Source: Eledone cirrhosa
Taxonomy: Eukaryota
Assembly: GCA_964016885.1 (NCBI GenBank)
Contig: OZ024741.1
Span: 197,222,001-197,286,000 of the forward strand
DNA: 64,000 nucleotides
Direction: 5' to 3'
The notes under the pieces are model-generated. The model had not been told where the DNA came from. It ran no database searches and saw only the letters and a program-made list of their open reading frames with translations. Both the position numbers and the translations under genes were made by a program. Below, in pieces: positions 26,599 through 41,799 of this stretch. Position 1 is the stretch's first letter, and every line of letters starts with the position of its first letter.

Positions 26599-27348
26599 AT
26601 GGACTTGGTTTTTCTTGCTATTAGTTCTGATGGCGGTCTTTTCTCGAATTTCCAAATTGAAATGTATTCTTCTTCTTCAAAGTTGTAAAGTCTTTATATT
26701 CATATATAATTTAAAGCTTGGCATCAACCTGACGAGATTATCTTTAGATCGGAATACACATCTGTGATCGAACTTCTACGACTTTCATTATCCGTGTTAC
26801 TAAAAGCAATAAATATGAAATAGAATCCATACGATGCCACAGTTAATTTGAAAATACGAGAGTCCCAAACGCAGAAAATAACTGTAATTATAGTCAATCA
26901 CTATAAATAATAGTTGAAAAAATTGGAGAACCAAGCGTATTACCTGCTCGCCATTCGATATACACACACAGAAATAATTTTCTGTAAACATTACAAATTA
27001 TAAATATATGAATTTGCTTTTATGATGTTCTACACTAGAATTGTGTTTTCTGAAAAAATGTGCTTGATTCACTAGTTTTGCTTTTCACATGTTTTTGTCT
27101 TGATGCTTGTCTTTTTAGAAGTCTGACGCTAAGGATGGGGGCAATGGTGGGGTAATAAATTAGTGGCTGTTAGCAATAGTGAAGGAGAAAGATTTCAATG
27201 AACCAAGAATTAATTCATGGTTTAATATGCTTAAGAAAAAGAACAGTCTATTTTTTGTTTGAAGGCAAGACGTATCTACAGGGTCAGATAACAGTCACAA
27301 AGGGGTTTCAATATTTAATAACTCCTTTATTTTTTGTTTTAAATTTAA

Positions 27349-28386
27349 AATATCAGACTACTATATATAGTATATATAAGAAATATCACACTATCATACA
27401 CAGTATATATAAGAAATATCACACTATCATACACAGTATATATAAGAAATATCACACTATCATACACAGTATATATTGGAAATATCACACTATCCTACAC
27501 AGTATATATAGGAAATATCACACTATCATACACAGTATATATAGGAAATATCACACTATCATACACAGTATATATAGGAAATATCACACTATCATACACA
27601 GTATATATAGGAAATATCACACTATCATACACAGTATATATAGGAAATATCACACTATCATACACAGTATATATAGGAAATATCACACTATCATACACAG
27701 TATATATAAGAAATATCACACTATCATACACAGTATATATAGGAAATATCATGCTATCATACACAGTATATATAGGAAATATCACACTATCATACACAGT
27801 ATATATAGGAAATATCACACTATCATACACAGTATATATAAGAAATATCACACTATCATACACAGTATATATAGGAAATATCACACTATCATACACAGTA
27901 TATATAGGAAATATCACACTATCATACACAGTATATATAGGAAATATCACGCTATCATACACAGTATATATAGGAAATATCACACTATCATACACAGTAT
28001 ATATAAGAAATATCACACTATCATACACAGTATATATAAGAAACATCACACTATCATACACAGTATATATAGGAAATATCACACTATCATACACAGTATA
28101 TATAAGAAATATCACACTATCATACACAGTATATATAGGAAATATCACACTATCATACACAGTATATATAGGAAATATCACACTATCATACACAGTATAT
28201 ATAAGAAATATCACACTATCATACACAGTATATATAAGAAATATCACACTATCATACACAGTATATATAAGAAATATCACACTATCATACACAGTATATA
28301 TAAGAAATATCACACTATCATACACAGTATATATAAGAAATATCACACTATCATACACAGTATATATAAGAAATATCACACTATCA
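27349..28386. repeat. 33-bp satellite array, left part (~31 units)
   Basis: Unit ATCACACTATCATACACAGTATATATA(G/A)GAAAT. Confidence 0.98.
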
Positions 28387-30964
28387 AACGATTTCCTTGA
28401 ACTAGTGCTGGACTCAAACTGGTCACAAGTAGTCACCTCTCCAACAAGAGGTGACAACACTTTGGACCTGATCTTCACCACTACTCCTGAAGTGGTTATC
28501 AGTTGTACTACTGAGGAACCTCTAGGCGACTCTGATCATGCTATGATCATTGCCAATCTGGCACTTGAGGGCAGCAACAAAAACCAGAGCCATCTTCAAT
28601 CTGCTTGCTTTGATTGGAAGAGGGCGGATTGGAACTTGTACTGCACTGAGCTACAGCGCCCAAACTGGCATGAGATGTATAACTCTGGAGATGTGAACTC
28701 TATACTCCAGAGCATCCTGGACTCAATATGGATAGCGTGTGCAGCATCAGTGCCACGGAAGCGGAAAAATAACCACCCCAAAAGTGCAATCTGGGAAACT
28801 TCAGCAGTCCGACTTGCCAGGAAAGAACGTCGGAACGCTGAACGGGAATATAAACTGCATAGATCAGATGCCAACAGAAAAAAGTGGAATAAATCTTCTA
28901 ACCATCTCAAGCAAGTGACAAAGAAGGCAGTGCTTGAATTTGAACAGTGCATCGCAACCAATCCTGACAGTAAGGTGTTCTGGAAATATGTTCATTCAAA
29001 GCAGAGACCTCACTCTCCAGTTGGTCCTCTTCGCAATCCCCACACAAGCCAGATCACTGACGATCCCAAGGAATGCGCAGAACTCATTGCTGAGTGCTAT
29101 GCAAGTATTTTTACTGTTGAAAACCAGAATGTACCATCTCCACCATCTCTAACATCAAATTCCATAACAACTATGAAATTTACACCTGCAATGTTGCGAC
29201 GTCACCTTAAGAATAAGCGCAACTATGCCTCCCCTGGTCTTGATGGTGTGACATACCTGCTTCTCAAACGTGGCGGGGATTTCCTTTTGCGCCAGCTTTC
29301 TTTTTTCTTTCAATACTGTCTCAGCAATGGTGCTACTCCGGAGCAGTGGAAAACTGCCAGTGTCATTCCCCTGTTCAAAAAGGGCAACCGCATGTCACCT
29401 GTCAACTATCGTCCAGTCAGTCTTACTAGCTGTATGGCCAAACTGATGGAATCCTGTGTCAGAGAAACACTTTGGAACTTCTGGAGCTCTCACAGCCTCA
29501 TCCGGCCCTCACAGTTTGGATTTATCCCTAACTCCAGCTGCTGTGATCAGCTTATCGAGTTCCTTGAGGACATCACCCGGATCACTGACAGCGGCTCATG
29601 GGTGGATGTTGTTTACCTTGACTTTGCTAAGGCTTTTAATTCTGTGCCACACAAAAGACTTATGGCAAAACTCTCTGCAATGGGTGTGAGGGATGATCTT
29701 TTCGACTGGCTGAAATCCTTCATTCTCAGCCGAAAGGAAGTAGTCACGGTTCTAGGACAGCATTCTTCACCATATGAGATGTCATCTGGTGTACCACAGG
29801 GATCTGTTCTTGGTCCTCTTTTGTTTGTGGCATATATTAATGACATAGATGCCAACTTACAGAATGCCACGGTACTAAAATATGCAGATGACATCAAGCT
29901 GTACCTTGAAATCAAAAGGACTGATCCTGAAATTTACAACTCTTTCCTACAATCAGACCTGGACACAATGCAGCAATGGATCACAGACTGGCAACTGAAG
30001 CTGGCTGTGGACAAGTGTACCACCATGCATTTTGGAAGGAAAAATCCAGCGTCCACCACTCCCTCCACAACACTGACATCAAAAAGTCCTCTTGTGAACG
30101 TGACCTGGGCATTACTGTCAGCAACGATTTGCGTTGGACAAAGCATGTCTCTAAGATTGTCAAGAAGGCCGAGGGTGTCTTGGCATCACTCAGCAAGACC
30201 TTTGTTAGCCGCTCTCCAGCCATCTATTTAAAACTGTATACAGCTATGGTGCGACCACACTTAGAATTCGCATCATCAGTCTGGAACCCCTATCTTGCTC
30301 GGAACATTGACCTCCTGGAAACTGTTCAGAGACGTGCAACCAAGCGCATACCCTCCATCAGACACCTACCATACTCTGAACGCCTTGCTTCCCTGGGCAT
30401 GGATTCATTGAAGCTCCGACGTCTGGCAATGGACTTGGTGAATACCCACAAAGTTTTTAACCATCTCGCCAACTGGAACCCTGAGCGCCTCTTTGATCTC
30501 CATGTGTCTAACACACGTGGACATGCCTACAAGATAAGAAAACAGCACAGCTCCCATGACTTTCGCAGACATTTTTTCACGCTCAGAGTTGCTGAAGCAT
30601 GGAACAAACTGCCTGCGTCAATTGTTAGCTGCCGAGACACTGCATCCTTTAAGACACTCATGCTTCCCGAAATACGCCAAAACTACACCTGATGTGCCCC
30701 TTCCATACACATGCACACATGTGTGCACTGTTCATTTTACTGATGTTTGTGCATTGCCCTATGTACTGTACATGGACTTTTTTGATGGGTTGTGGTGCAC
30801 CTGGGCACTGTGCACAATATTTCATTATTGTTATTGTTATTATATCATGACTCATACACTGTTTATTTTCCTGACATTTGTACATTATTCTATGTACTAT
30901 ACATGCACCTTTGATGAGTTGTAGTGCACCTGAGCACTGTACACAATAATTTCATTATTATTAT
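28387..30964 (+). mobile_element. 5'-truncated CR1-type LINE inserted in the satellite
   Basis: APE tail (TRGDNTLDLIF, LGDSDH). RT motifs YRPVSLTS, YLDFAKAF, VPQGSVLGP and YADD. CR1-like C-terminus RGHAYK...FFTLRVAEAWNKLP. (TTA)n tail, TSD tatca (28382-28386/30965-30969), and a single frameshift at ~30057. Confidence 0.93.
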
Positions 30965-33900
30965 TATCATACACAGTATATATAAGAAATATCACACTAT
31001 CATACACAGTATATATAAGAAATATCACACTATCATACACAGTATATATAGGAAATATCACACTATCATACACAGTATATATAAGAAATATCACACTATC
31101 ATACACAGTATATATAGGAAATATCACGCTATCATACACAGTATATATAGGAAATATCACACTATCATACACAGTATATATAAGAAATATCACACTATCA
31201 TACACAGTATATATAGGAAATATCACACTATCATACACAGTATATATAGGAAATATCACACTATCATACACAGTATATATAAGAAATATCACACTATCAT
31301 ACACAGTATATATAGGAAATATCACACTATCATACACAGTATATATAGGAAATATCACACTATCATACACAGTATATATAGGAAATATCACACTATCATA
31401 CACAGTATATATAGGAAATATCACACTATCATACACAGTATATATAGGAAATATCACACTATCATACACAGTATATATAGGAAATATCACACTATCATAC
31501 ACAGTATATATAGGAAATATCACACTATCATACACAGTATATATAGGAAATATCACACTATCATACACAGTATATATAAGAAATATCACACTATTATACA
31601 CAGTATATATAAGAAATATCACACTATCATACACAGTATATATAAGAAATATCACACTATCATACACAGTATATATAGGAAATATCACACTATCATACAC
31701 AGTATATATAGGAAATATCACACTATCATACACAGTATATATAGGAAATATCACACTATCATACACAGTATATATAGGAAATATCACACTATCATACACA
31801 GTATATATAGGAAATATCACACTATCATACACAGTATATATAGGAAATATCACACTATCATACACAGTATATATAGGAAATATCACACTATCATACACAG
31901 TATATATAGGAAATATCACACTATCATACACAGTATATATAAGAAATATCACACTATCATACACAGTATATATAGGAAATATCACACTATCATACACAGT
32001 ATATATAAGAAATATCACACTATCATACACAGTATATATAGGAAATATCACACTATCATACACAGTATATATAGGAAATATCACACTATCATACACAGTA
32101 TATATAAGAAATATCACACTACCATACACAGTATATATAGGAAATATCACACTATCATACACAGTATCTATAGGAAATATCACACTATCATACACAGTAT
32201 CTATAGGAAATATCACACTATCATACACAGTATATATAGGAAATATCACACTATCATACACAGTATATATAGGAAATATCACACTATCATACACAGTATA
32301 TATAGGAAATATCACACTATCATACACAGTATATATAGGAAATATCACGCTATCATACACAGTATATATAGGAAATATCACACTATCATACACAGTATAT
32401 ATAGGAAATATCACACTATCATACACAGTATATATAAGAAATATCACACTATCATACACAGTATATATAGGAAATATCACACTATCCTACACAGTATATA
32501 TAGGAAATATCACACTATCATACACAGTATATATAGGAAATATCACACTATCATACACAGTATATATAGGAAATATCACACTATCATACACAGTATATAT
32601 AGGAAATATCACACTATCATACACAGTATATATAGGAAATATCACACTATCATACACAGTATATATAGGAAATATCACACTATCATACACAGTATATATA
32701 AGAAATATCACACTATCATACACAGTATATATAGGAAATATCACACTATCATACACAGTATATATAGGAAATATCACACTATCATACACAGTATATATAA
32801 GAAATATCACACTATCATACACAGTATATATAGGAAATATCACACTATCATACACAGTATATATAGGAAATATCACACTATCATACACAGTATATATAAG
32901 AAATATCACACTATCATACACAGTATATATAGGAAATATCACACTATCATACACAGTATCTATAGGAAATATCACACTATCATACACAGTATCTATAGGA
33001 AATATCACACTATCATACACAGTATATATAGGAAATATCACACTATCATACACAGTATATATAGGAAATATCACACTATCATACACAGTATATATAGGAA
33101 ATATCACACTATCATACACAGTATATATAGGAAATATCACGCTATCATACACAGTATATATAGGAAATATCACACTATCATACACAGTATATATAGGAAA
33201 TATCACACTATCATACACAGTATATATAAGAAATATCACACTATCATACACAGTATATATAGGAAATATCACACTATCATACACAGTATATATAGGAAAT
33301 ATCACACTATCATACACAGTATATATAGGAAATATCACACTATCATACACAGTATATATAGGAAATATCACACTATCATACACAGTATATATAAGAAATA
33401 TCACACTATCATACACAGTATATATAGGAAATATCACACTATCATACACAGTATATATAGGAAATATCACACTATCATACACAGTATATATAGGAAATAT
33501 CACACTATCATACACAGTATATATAGGAAATATCACACTATCATACACAGTATATATAGGAAATATCACACTATCATACACAGTATATATAGGAAATATC
33601 ACACTATCATACACAGTATATATAGGAAATATCACACTATCATACACAGTATATATAGGAAATATCACACTATCATACACAGTATATATAGGAAATATCA
33701 CACTATCATACACAGTATATATAGGAAATATCACACTATCATACACAGTATATATAGGAAATATCACGCTATCATACACAGTATATATAGGAAATATCAC
33801 ACTATCATACACAGTATATATAGGAAATATCACGCTATCATACACAGTATATATAGGAAATATCACACTATCATACACAGTATATATAGGAAATATCACA

Positions 33901-35985
33901 CTATCATACACAGTATATATAGGAAATATCACACTATCATACACAGTATATATAGGAAATATCACACTATCATACACAGTATATATAAGAAATATCACCC
34001 TATCATACACAGTATATATAGGAAATATCACACTATCATACACAGTATATATAGGAAATATCACACTATCATACACAGTATATATAGGAAATATCACACT
34101 ATCATACACAGTATATATAGGAAATATCACGCTATCATACACAGTATATATAGGAAATATCACACTATCATACACAGTATATATAGGAAATATCACACTA
34201 TCATACACAGTATATATAAGAAATATCACACTATCATACACAGTATATATAGGAAATATCACACTATCAAACACAGTATATATAGGAAATATCACACTAT
34301 CATACACAGTATATATAGGAAATATCACACTATTATACACAGTATATATAGGAAATATCACACTATCATACACAGTATATATAAGAAATATCACACTATC
34401 ATACACAGTATATATAGGAAATATCACACTATCATACACAGTATATATAGGAAATATCACACTATCATACACAGTATATATAGGAAATATCACACTATCA
34501 TACACAGTATATATAGGAAATATCACACTATCATACACAGTATATATAGGAAATATCACACTATCATACACAGTATATATAGGAAATATCACACTATCAT
34601 ACACAGTATATATAGGAAATATCACACTATCATACACAGTATATATAGGAAATATCACACTATCATACACACACAGTATATATAGGAAATATCACACTAT
34701 CATACACACACAGTATATATAGGAAATATCACACTATCATACACACACAGTATATATAGGAAATATCACACTATCATACACAGTATATATAGGAAATATC
34801 ACTCTATCATACACAGTATATATAGGAAATATCACACTATCATACACAGTATATATAAGAAATATCACACTATCATACACAGTATATATAGGAAATATCA
34901 CACTATCATACACAGTATATATAGGAAATATCACACTATCATACACAGTATATATAGGAAATATCACACTATCATACACAGTATATATAGGAAATATCAC
35001 ACTATCATACACAGTATATATAAGAAATATCACACTATCATACACAGTATATATAGGAAATATCACACTATCATACACAGTATATATAGGAAATATCACA
35101 CTATCATACACAGTATATATAGGAAATATCACGCTATCATACACAGTATATATAGGAAATATCACACTATCATACACAGTATATATAAGAAATATCACAC
35201 TATCATACACAGTATATATAGGAAATATCACACTATCATACACAGTATATATAGGAAATATCACACTATCATACACAGTATATATAGGAAATATCACACT
35301 ATCATACACAGTATATCTAGGAAATATCACACTATCATACACAGTATATATAGGAAATATCACACTATCATACACAGTATATATAGGAAATATCACACTA
35401 TCATACACAGTATATATAGGAAATATCACACTATCCTACACAGTATATATAGGAAATATCACACTATCCTACACAGTATATATAGGAAATATCACACTAT
35501 CATACACAGTATATATAGGAAATATCACACTATCATACACAGTATATATAAGAAATATCACACTATCATACACAGTATATATAGGAAATATCACACTATC
35601 ATACACAGTATATATAGGAAATATCACACTATCATACACAGTATATATAGGAAATATCACACTATCATACACAGTATATATAGGAAATATCACACTATCA
35701 TACACAGTATATATAGGAAATATCACACTATCATACACAGTATATATAGGAAATATCACACTATCATACACAGTATATATAGGAAATATCACACTATCAT
35801 ACACAGTATATATAGGAAATATCACACTATCATACACAGTATATATAGGAAATATCACGCTATCATACACAGTATATATAAGAAATATCATACTATCATA
35901 CACAGTATATATAGGAAATATCACACTATCATACACAGTATATATAGGAAATATCACACTATCATACACAGTATATATAGGAAAT
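30965..35985. repeat. 33-bp satellite array, right part (~152 units)
   Basis: Same unit, highly homogeneous. Three 37-bp (+ACAC) units at ~34660-34750. Confidence 0.98.
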
Positions 35986-36999
35986 AAATGTACGCTAGAT
36001 GTGGAAAATCACATAAAGAAAAATACAAAAAAGTAATAAAAACCATTCTTATTAAAATTTCAAAGCCCTTAGTGAATTGTGGCCCACTCTATATATACAT
36101 ATGTCTATTAAACTGCCTCACCGACCATGGGTTTAATGATATTTACTGAACTTTGATCTGATCAGCATAGCATGTTTCTTTCTCGCCTCCGAATAAAACA
36201 GATAAGCACTTTCAACCTTATTTATATATATAGTTTTTTCTCCATATTTTCAGCCTTTGAGTATACTTTCGAAATGTCATTTTATTGGTAGTTGCAAGCA
36301 GAAGAGCTAAGGTTATGCAAAAGATTAATATGGATACCGATAATGAGGATGACTCATCGTACGGGAGAATGTTTTTCGCGCCCTGTCCAGTTTATGTGTA
36401 TTTGCAGGCCCTGCTAACTTCTTTGACCCAGTTGCATTTGTAAAACTACATCTGCGGTGGACGCTAATGCAATTATATCTTTTACTAACAACCCTATGGA
36501 TTTTAAGCAAACAATGTTAGCGGTTTTCTTTTGTTAACCAGCTGAGGAGTGTACTCTCGGGTCTCAAATACCCCCACCCTCGCGCTTCCGCTTATTAAAT
36601 TTTGCTACTCTATCCCCGGCGAAGTTTTATATTAAATATTAGCATTCCTGCGGCAATAAATTTTCTTTGGAAATTAAAAAAAACATACATGACAAACAAG
36701 TACGTTGCTAGAAATCCCATATGTTATAAAACAAATAGGATGGGTTGGAGTCTCAATATCTAAATTAAACGATTAATTCTGGTTTTTAAAAAATCAACGG
36801 AGAAACCTAGAAACATTATCGATTTTCCACCCCCACTTATTCCATCCTCCCCTATTATTTGGAACCCAATAGATAATTATTGAAAGGAGATAATAAATCT
36901 GATTAAATCTTATTTTTTCGTACATTTTTTATGGTTTTTCATTGTAATCTTTACATCTAACAAACCGAAGTTACATTGCCTACATTTAGGCGAGTTCAT

Positions 37000-38480
37000 T
37001 ACATACAAATGCGTATTATACTTGAATAAATACGGTAATCACATACACGTTAAAAAGAAAATGAAAATTTGCCTGCATATCAAAAAGATGAATGGCACTA
37101 TTTCTGTTCTAGTTGATGGATCCACGGAACTTAGTATTAAGACCGTCCTAATGGTTTATTTGAAATCTGATCGTGAGAAGGAAAGTGATACTCATTTGAT
37201 GTTTTAGATCGAATTGAACTGCTTGATCAGAAAGCATAATTTATTGCTAAGCATCCATTGAATTGCCTCACCAACTATAAGTTTAATGGAGCTTATTTGA
37301 AACATAACCTTGTGGAATGCTCTAGTGATATGGCGATTTGGTATCAAATCTAGTGTTGCGAAAATTATCAAACAACATTACTCTGATATGATAGCTTGGC
37401 GCTATTTTAATGACAAATTAGTAGTTATAGTACTTGATTCGATGATAAGTCTATGGAATGAATCATTATCAATAATTTATGTATAAATTGTATTATTTCT
37501 TGTAGATCGCCGCTAAATCAAAACAAACTGAATGTTTCTCTAAACTAGAACCAGACATTTTCAAAGTAGGCTGTATTCTGGGCACCATATGGGCTGTTAA
37601 CACATTTTATTGCAACACAAAATATATTCAGTCGTACAAAAACATGTACAATATACATTCATGGGAATAAGGAAACAAACAAAGGAAAATAAGAAAAAAA
37701 GGAAATAAGCAACGAAAGAATGGGGGAGCAACAGACTCTACACCTCAGTCTGAGCGGTGTTCCACTTGGCCCCACGGATAAAGTGACTAAGGTATTGCAA
37801 CCTGGAACAGTTTCAGTAGCATGACAAAATTATGAAGCAGTGTCTCTGCATTTTGATAAAGCAATGAAAGTTAACATATATGCAGGAAAATTCATGAAGG
37901 TTTGTTGAAAATATTTTCTTCAGAACAGCTTTTATTTGACTTTGCTTTAATACAAGACTCGTTGCATGGTTCATTGTCAGAGTATTTACCGAAACACATT
38001 ACTGTGAATATTTTTGAAAACAAATCGATTCAACGGATCATAAAATCACTGCATGGACTAAAATAGCAGCCTGATTAAAAACATAATATTGTCCCCATTA
38101 ATCCCCGGCAGTTACTTACTAGTCTTACAAACGGTTTGCAGCATTGTCACAATATCGTTGAAAGATTCTTAAACTTCTGAACCTCAATGTATAAATACTT
38201 TCTAAATGAAATGTATGTCTGATAAAGACTACTGGTCTGCTGAAATACCGTCTAATTATGGAGAAGACGCAATATAGTCTTTCTGTAAGAGATGTACATT
38301 TTTCTCTTTCCCTATTTCAAAGAATATGTGAAAAATCATGAACGCCACATCACCCAAGATTTATGGCTTTTACTTATTCCAATGTGTACTGTTGAGTATG
38401 AGAGGGGATTCAATAATATGAACTTGATAATAACACGCTCAAGAATTTTCACAAATCCTGTATCAGCACTTATCTATTAT
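37000..38480 (+). mobile_element. Heavily decayed hAT transposase (ZNF862/KIAA1586-like)
   Basis: ISVLVDGSTELSIKTVLMVYL (catalytic D region) and IPMCTVEYERGFNNMNLI (hAT C-terminal ERxF motif). Confidence 0.7.
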
Positions 38481-39559
38481 ATAAAAAGTGTTGTATATTT
38501 CGTGTAAAGAAGAGGATGGTAAGCTTGTGTGTGCGTGAAAGAGCAAGAGAAGATTTTTTATGAGAGAGGAAGTAGTAATGGAGTAAGATACAAGGAAGAG
38601 ATAATTACTTGAATGTTGATGGGGGAGTAGTAACAGTATGTTACGAGGTTAGAAAGAGACAAAAAGTTAATATTCAAATAAATAACCTATTTCTTTTACC
38701 TTATACTGTTACTACTTACCCTCTCATTAAAAGGTTACTCTCTCTTTTTCTCTTTCACTGATTCTTCCTCCTACTGCTTATCATACGTACTACCATTAAC
38801 ACACATATGTGACACACAGAACTGCAGCTGGTGGCGTTATCGGCAGACATATTGTTTGATGGAGATGAGTGTTGTAATTGTGGTATGAAGGTATGAAGGA
38901 GGAAACAAACACGGCCATTTTTACAACTAATTTACGCCAGTCAATTGCAAGGTTAACTCCCATCTACATCTGGTACTAATTTTCAACTGAGTGGACAGGA
39001 GTAACGTGAAATGAAGTGCTTTGTTCAAGAACACAACACACAACTTAGTATAGGAATCAAATTATATATAAAAAGTATTAAACTAATATTAAAAATTATA
39101 ATTGTATAATGATACAATGTTGAAATAATAAATATGTCTTAGAGTAATTATTGTAGCATTGGTTTCAACAACTGTGGAATTTTCATGGGTCCAGCTTGTG
39201 TATATTAATATAGAAGAGCCTTGTCTTATTCAGTGGAATCTTGAACCATATGTCACGTCATGATCGTGTTACCACAGATCATTAAGACGATCAGCTAGTG
39301 TATATTGATTTAGACGAATCTTGAACCACATGTAACGTCATGATTGTGTTACTACAGACGACCAGCTAAAAGGACCTCGCCATGTTCAGTGTACATCCGA
39401 AGATACTGTTGAGATTGGGGTTTAGGAGATCAGCAAAATATTCTCTTCACCTCACAAGATGAACCTCTCTGAATAGAGGAGAACTCCAGACGCGTTCTTG
39501 ATAGCAGTTGTGGAGGAGGCCTTCTTATTACAAAGTCGGCAGATGGTCTGCCAGAAGCT

Positions 39560-40562
39560 TTATTTGTTGCCTTAATGTCTCTATCTGTATGCCATAGTAT
39601 TTGTATTCGGATGAATGGTGCTAAATCGAAACCATACAATGTGGGAGTCGGTCTCCGCTAAGGGTGCGTACAGTCACCTCACCTGTTCATTATTTACATG
39701 AACAGGATTGACATGTGCTGTCGGGTTGGAAGTGGTATCATGACTGGCGGGTGTAAAAGCAGTCGGCTGGAATTTGCAGAAGACATGATGTTACTTAATT
39801 CGACAGAAGAGGACCTTCAATTTGCACTTGATAGGTTTGATGCCGAGTGCTGCATGGATGGAATGAAAATCAGTGCTGCGAAAAGAGACACACGTCCTCT
39901 CAAGGAAGCTTGCGCAGTGCACACTACATATGAATGGAGTTCCACTGAAGCAGGTGGAGAAGTTCAAGTATCTTGGGGGCGTGTTTATGAGTGATGGAAG
40001 GCAAGAGGCTGAATTACGTGCAAGAATTGTAGGAGCTGGTGCAGTAATGCGTCAGCTTCAGGATTCATAATCAGAAGAAAGGAGTAGGCCAAACTCGCTA
40101 TCTTCAAATCGGTTTTCATGCCAACCCTTACCTATGGTCATGAATCTTGGGTAATGACCGAAATAATACAAGCGGCCGAAATGGGGTTCCTCCGAAGGGT
40201 CTTTGGAGTAACGTTACTTGATAGAGTGCGTAACTCAGAGATCGGAGAGTCACTCCAGGTAGAGCCGCTACTTCCCTGAATTAAGAGATCACAGCTCCGA
40301 TACTATGGACATGTGGTTAGAATGTCTCAGGAAAGAATCCCTGGGCAGATTTTACAGGCAAAACCAACCGGCAGGAGACCCAAGGGGAAGACCCCGATCA
40401 AGACGATTGTATAACATCTGAGCTTGGCTGGTCTCACTTGGGGATCCAGCTGGATCAGTTGGAGATGGTTGCTTCTGACAGGACCTGCTGGAAGGAGTGT
40501 TTGAGGATTTCACCCCCATGATCCTCTCAGGAATAAGTGGGCGAAGAAGAAGAGAAGAAGAC
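39560..40562 (+). mobile_element. RTE-clade LINE, 5'-truncated and decayed
   Basis: LEFAED (decayed FADD), KQVEKFKYLG, PTLTYGHESW and YYGHVVRM motifs, with a (GAA)n tail. Confidence 0.85.
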
Positions 40563-41159
40563 TTATATACTGAAATATAGTGATAGGCTGCAATCTCCTT
40601 AATGTAACTATCAGTGACAGTTTGGTCCGATATATTTACAAAGTGAATATAGAATATTACAAGCCTTTTGTTAGGTATACCACCTAAAATACTAACATTT
40701 GCATCTCTCCTAGTATCCAAATAAGAGTGGGAACAGCAAGTCAACTTGAGTACTATATTGTATCTAGTTCAGTGGCTTATCCTTTTTGTGTCGGCAAAAT
40801 TAATATACTGGAGTCGATTCAATCAACAAAAAATATTCTGAATCCCAAGTCTACTCACATCATTTTTTTCTTCCAGCATTTAGTTTGTGGCAAACAGTGT
40901 AATCTCTCACTATAATCACCCAGAGCCACGTACTCCCCTGCTTTCGTCGAAAATTATAGAAGCCGGATTCTTATAGAATTCCAGTAATAAAAGGTATTAG
41001 GATTGGTGCTCTGAACGCCGAAAAGAAGTAAGTGACATAGTCACTACTTTAAAACTGATAGCGTACAGTCTTCTAAATGTTTTTAATTAAACATACGGTA
41101 TATTGCCAAATATACTATACATACATTCATGTATACATCGCTATTTCAAAGCATCGATC

Positions 41160-41216
<57 letters not shown>

Positions 41217-41799
41217 TATAATTTATGAAGCTTTTAGAATGACACATTTCTAGAGATTAGTTAGTTTGCCGCCTGCAGTTGTTGGTATCTCTAGAGTGTA
41301 TTGCTATTATTTATACACTCTATATTAAAACCACTGCTGCTCTTGTAAGTACATATGTTTTATTTGCAGTTACTAGTGGTAGTGGTGATGATGATGGTGA
41401 TAATAACATAAGACAATAAGATGTTTCCATCACCGCTGTTTCATTTTAACGTCGCACCAACTGGGCGATAGTATTGCTATAAACACGTGACCATATTTTA
41501 GACGACAAATATGTAATTCGTAACAACTATGAGTGAACCATTAATAAACACAAATAGTTGATTCATTAGAAACAAAATAACAGCTGAATTTATCTCAAGT
41601 TAGCTCAGTCCTAGTTGATTTTAAATATCAACTGAACATCGTTGGTGGGACTAGATTTTACTATGCATTGTCGAAAAGACCTTACCAAACAATTTGTAGG
41701 TGAAATAGTTATATAAATAGTCTAAAATGAAAATCGGTGGCCGAGGTAGCAGAATATCAAACTAAATGCATTATTATGCTTAATCAGAAACCATTATTA

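Noticed and set aside
30897-35969. Very long ORFs (1253, 727 and 527 aa) on both strands
   Set aside because: Automatic consequence of a stop-free 33-bp unit; no evidence of a gene.
27349-35985. CRISPR-like array
   Set aside because: Units are contiguous with no unique spacers, there are no cas genes, and the context is eukaryotic.
40870-41035. Possible exon ending in a gtaagt donor
   Set aside because: Stops in all three + frames and no recognisable product.
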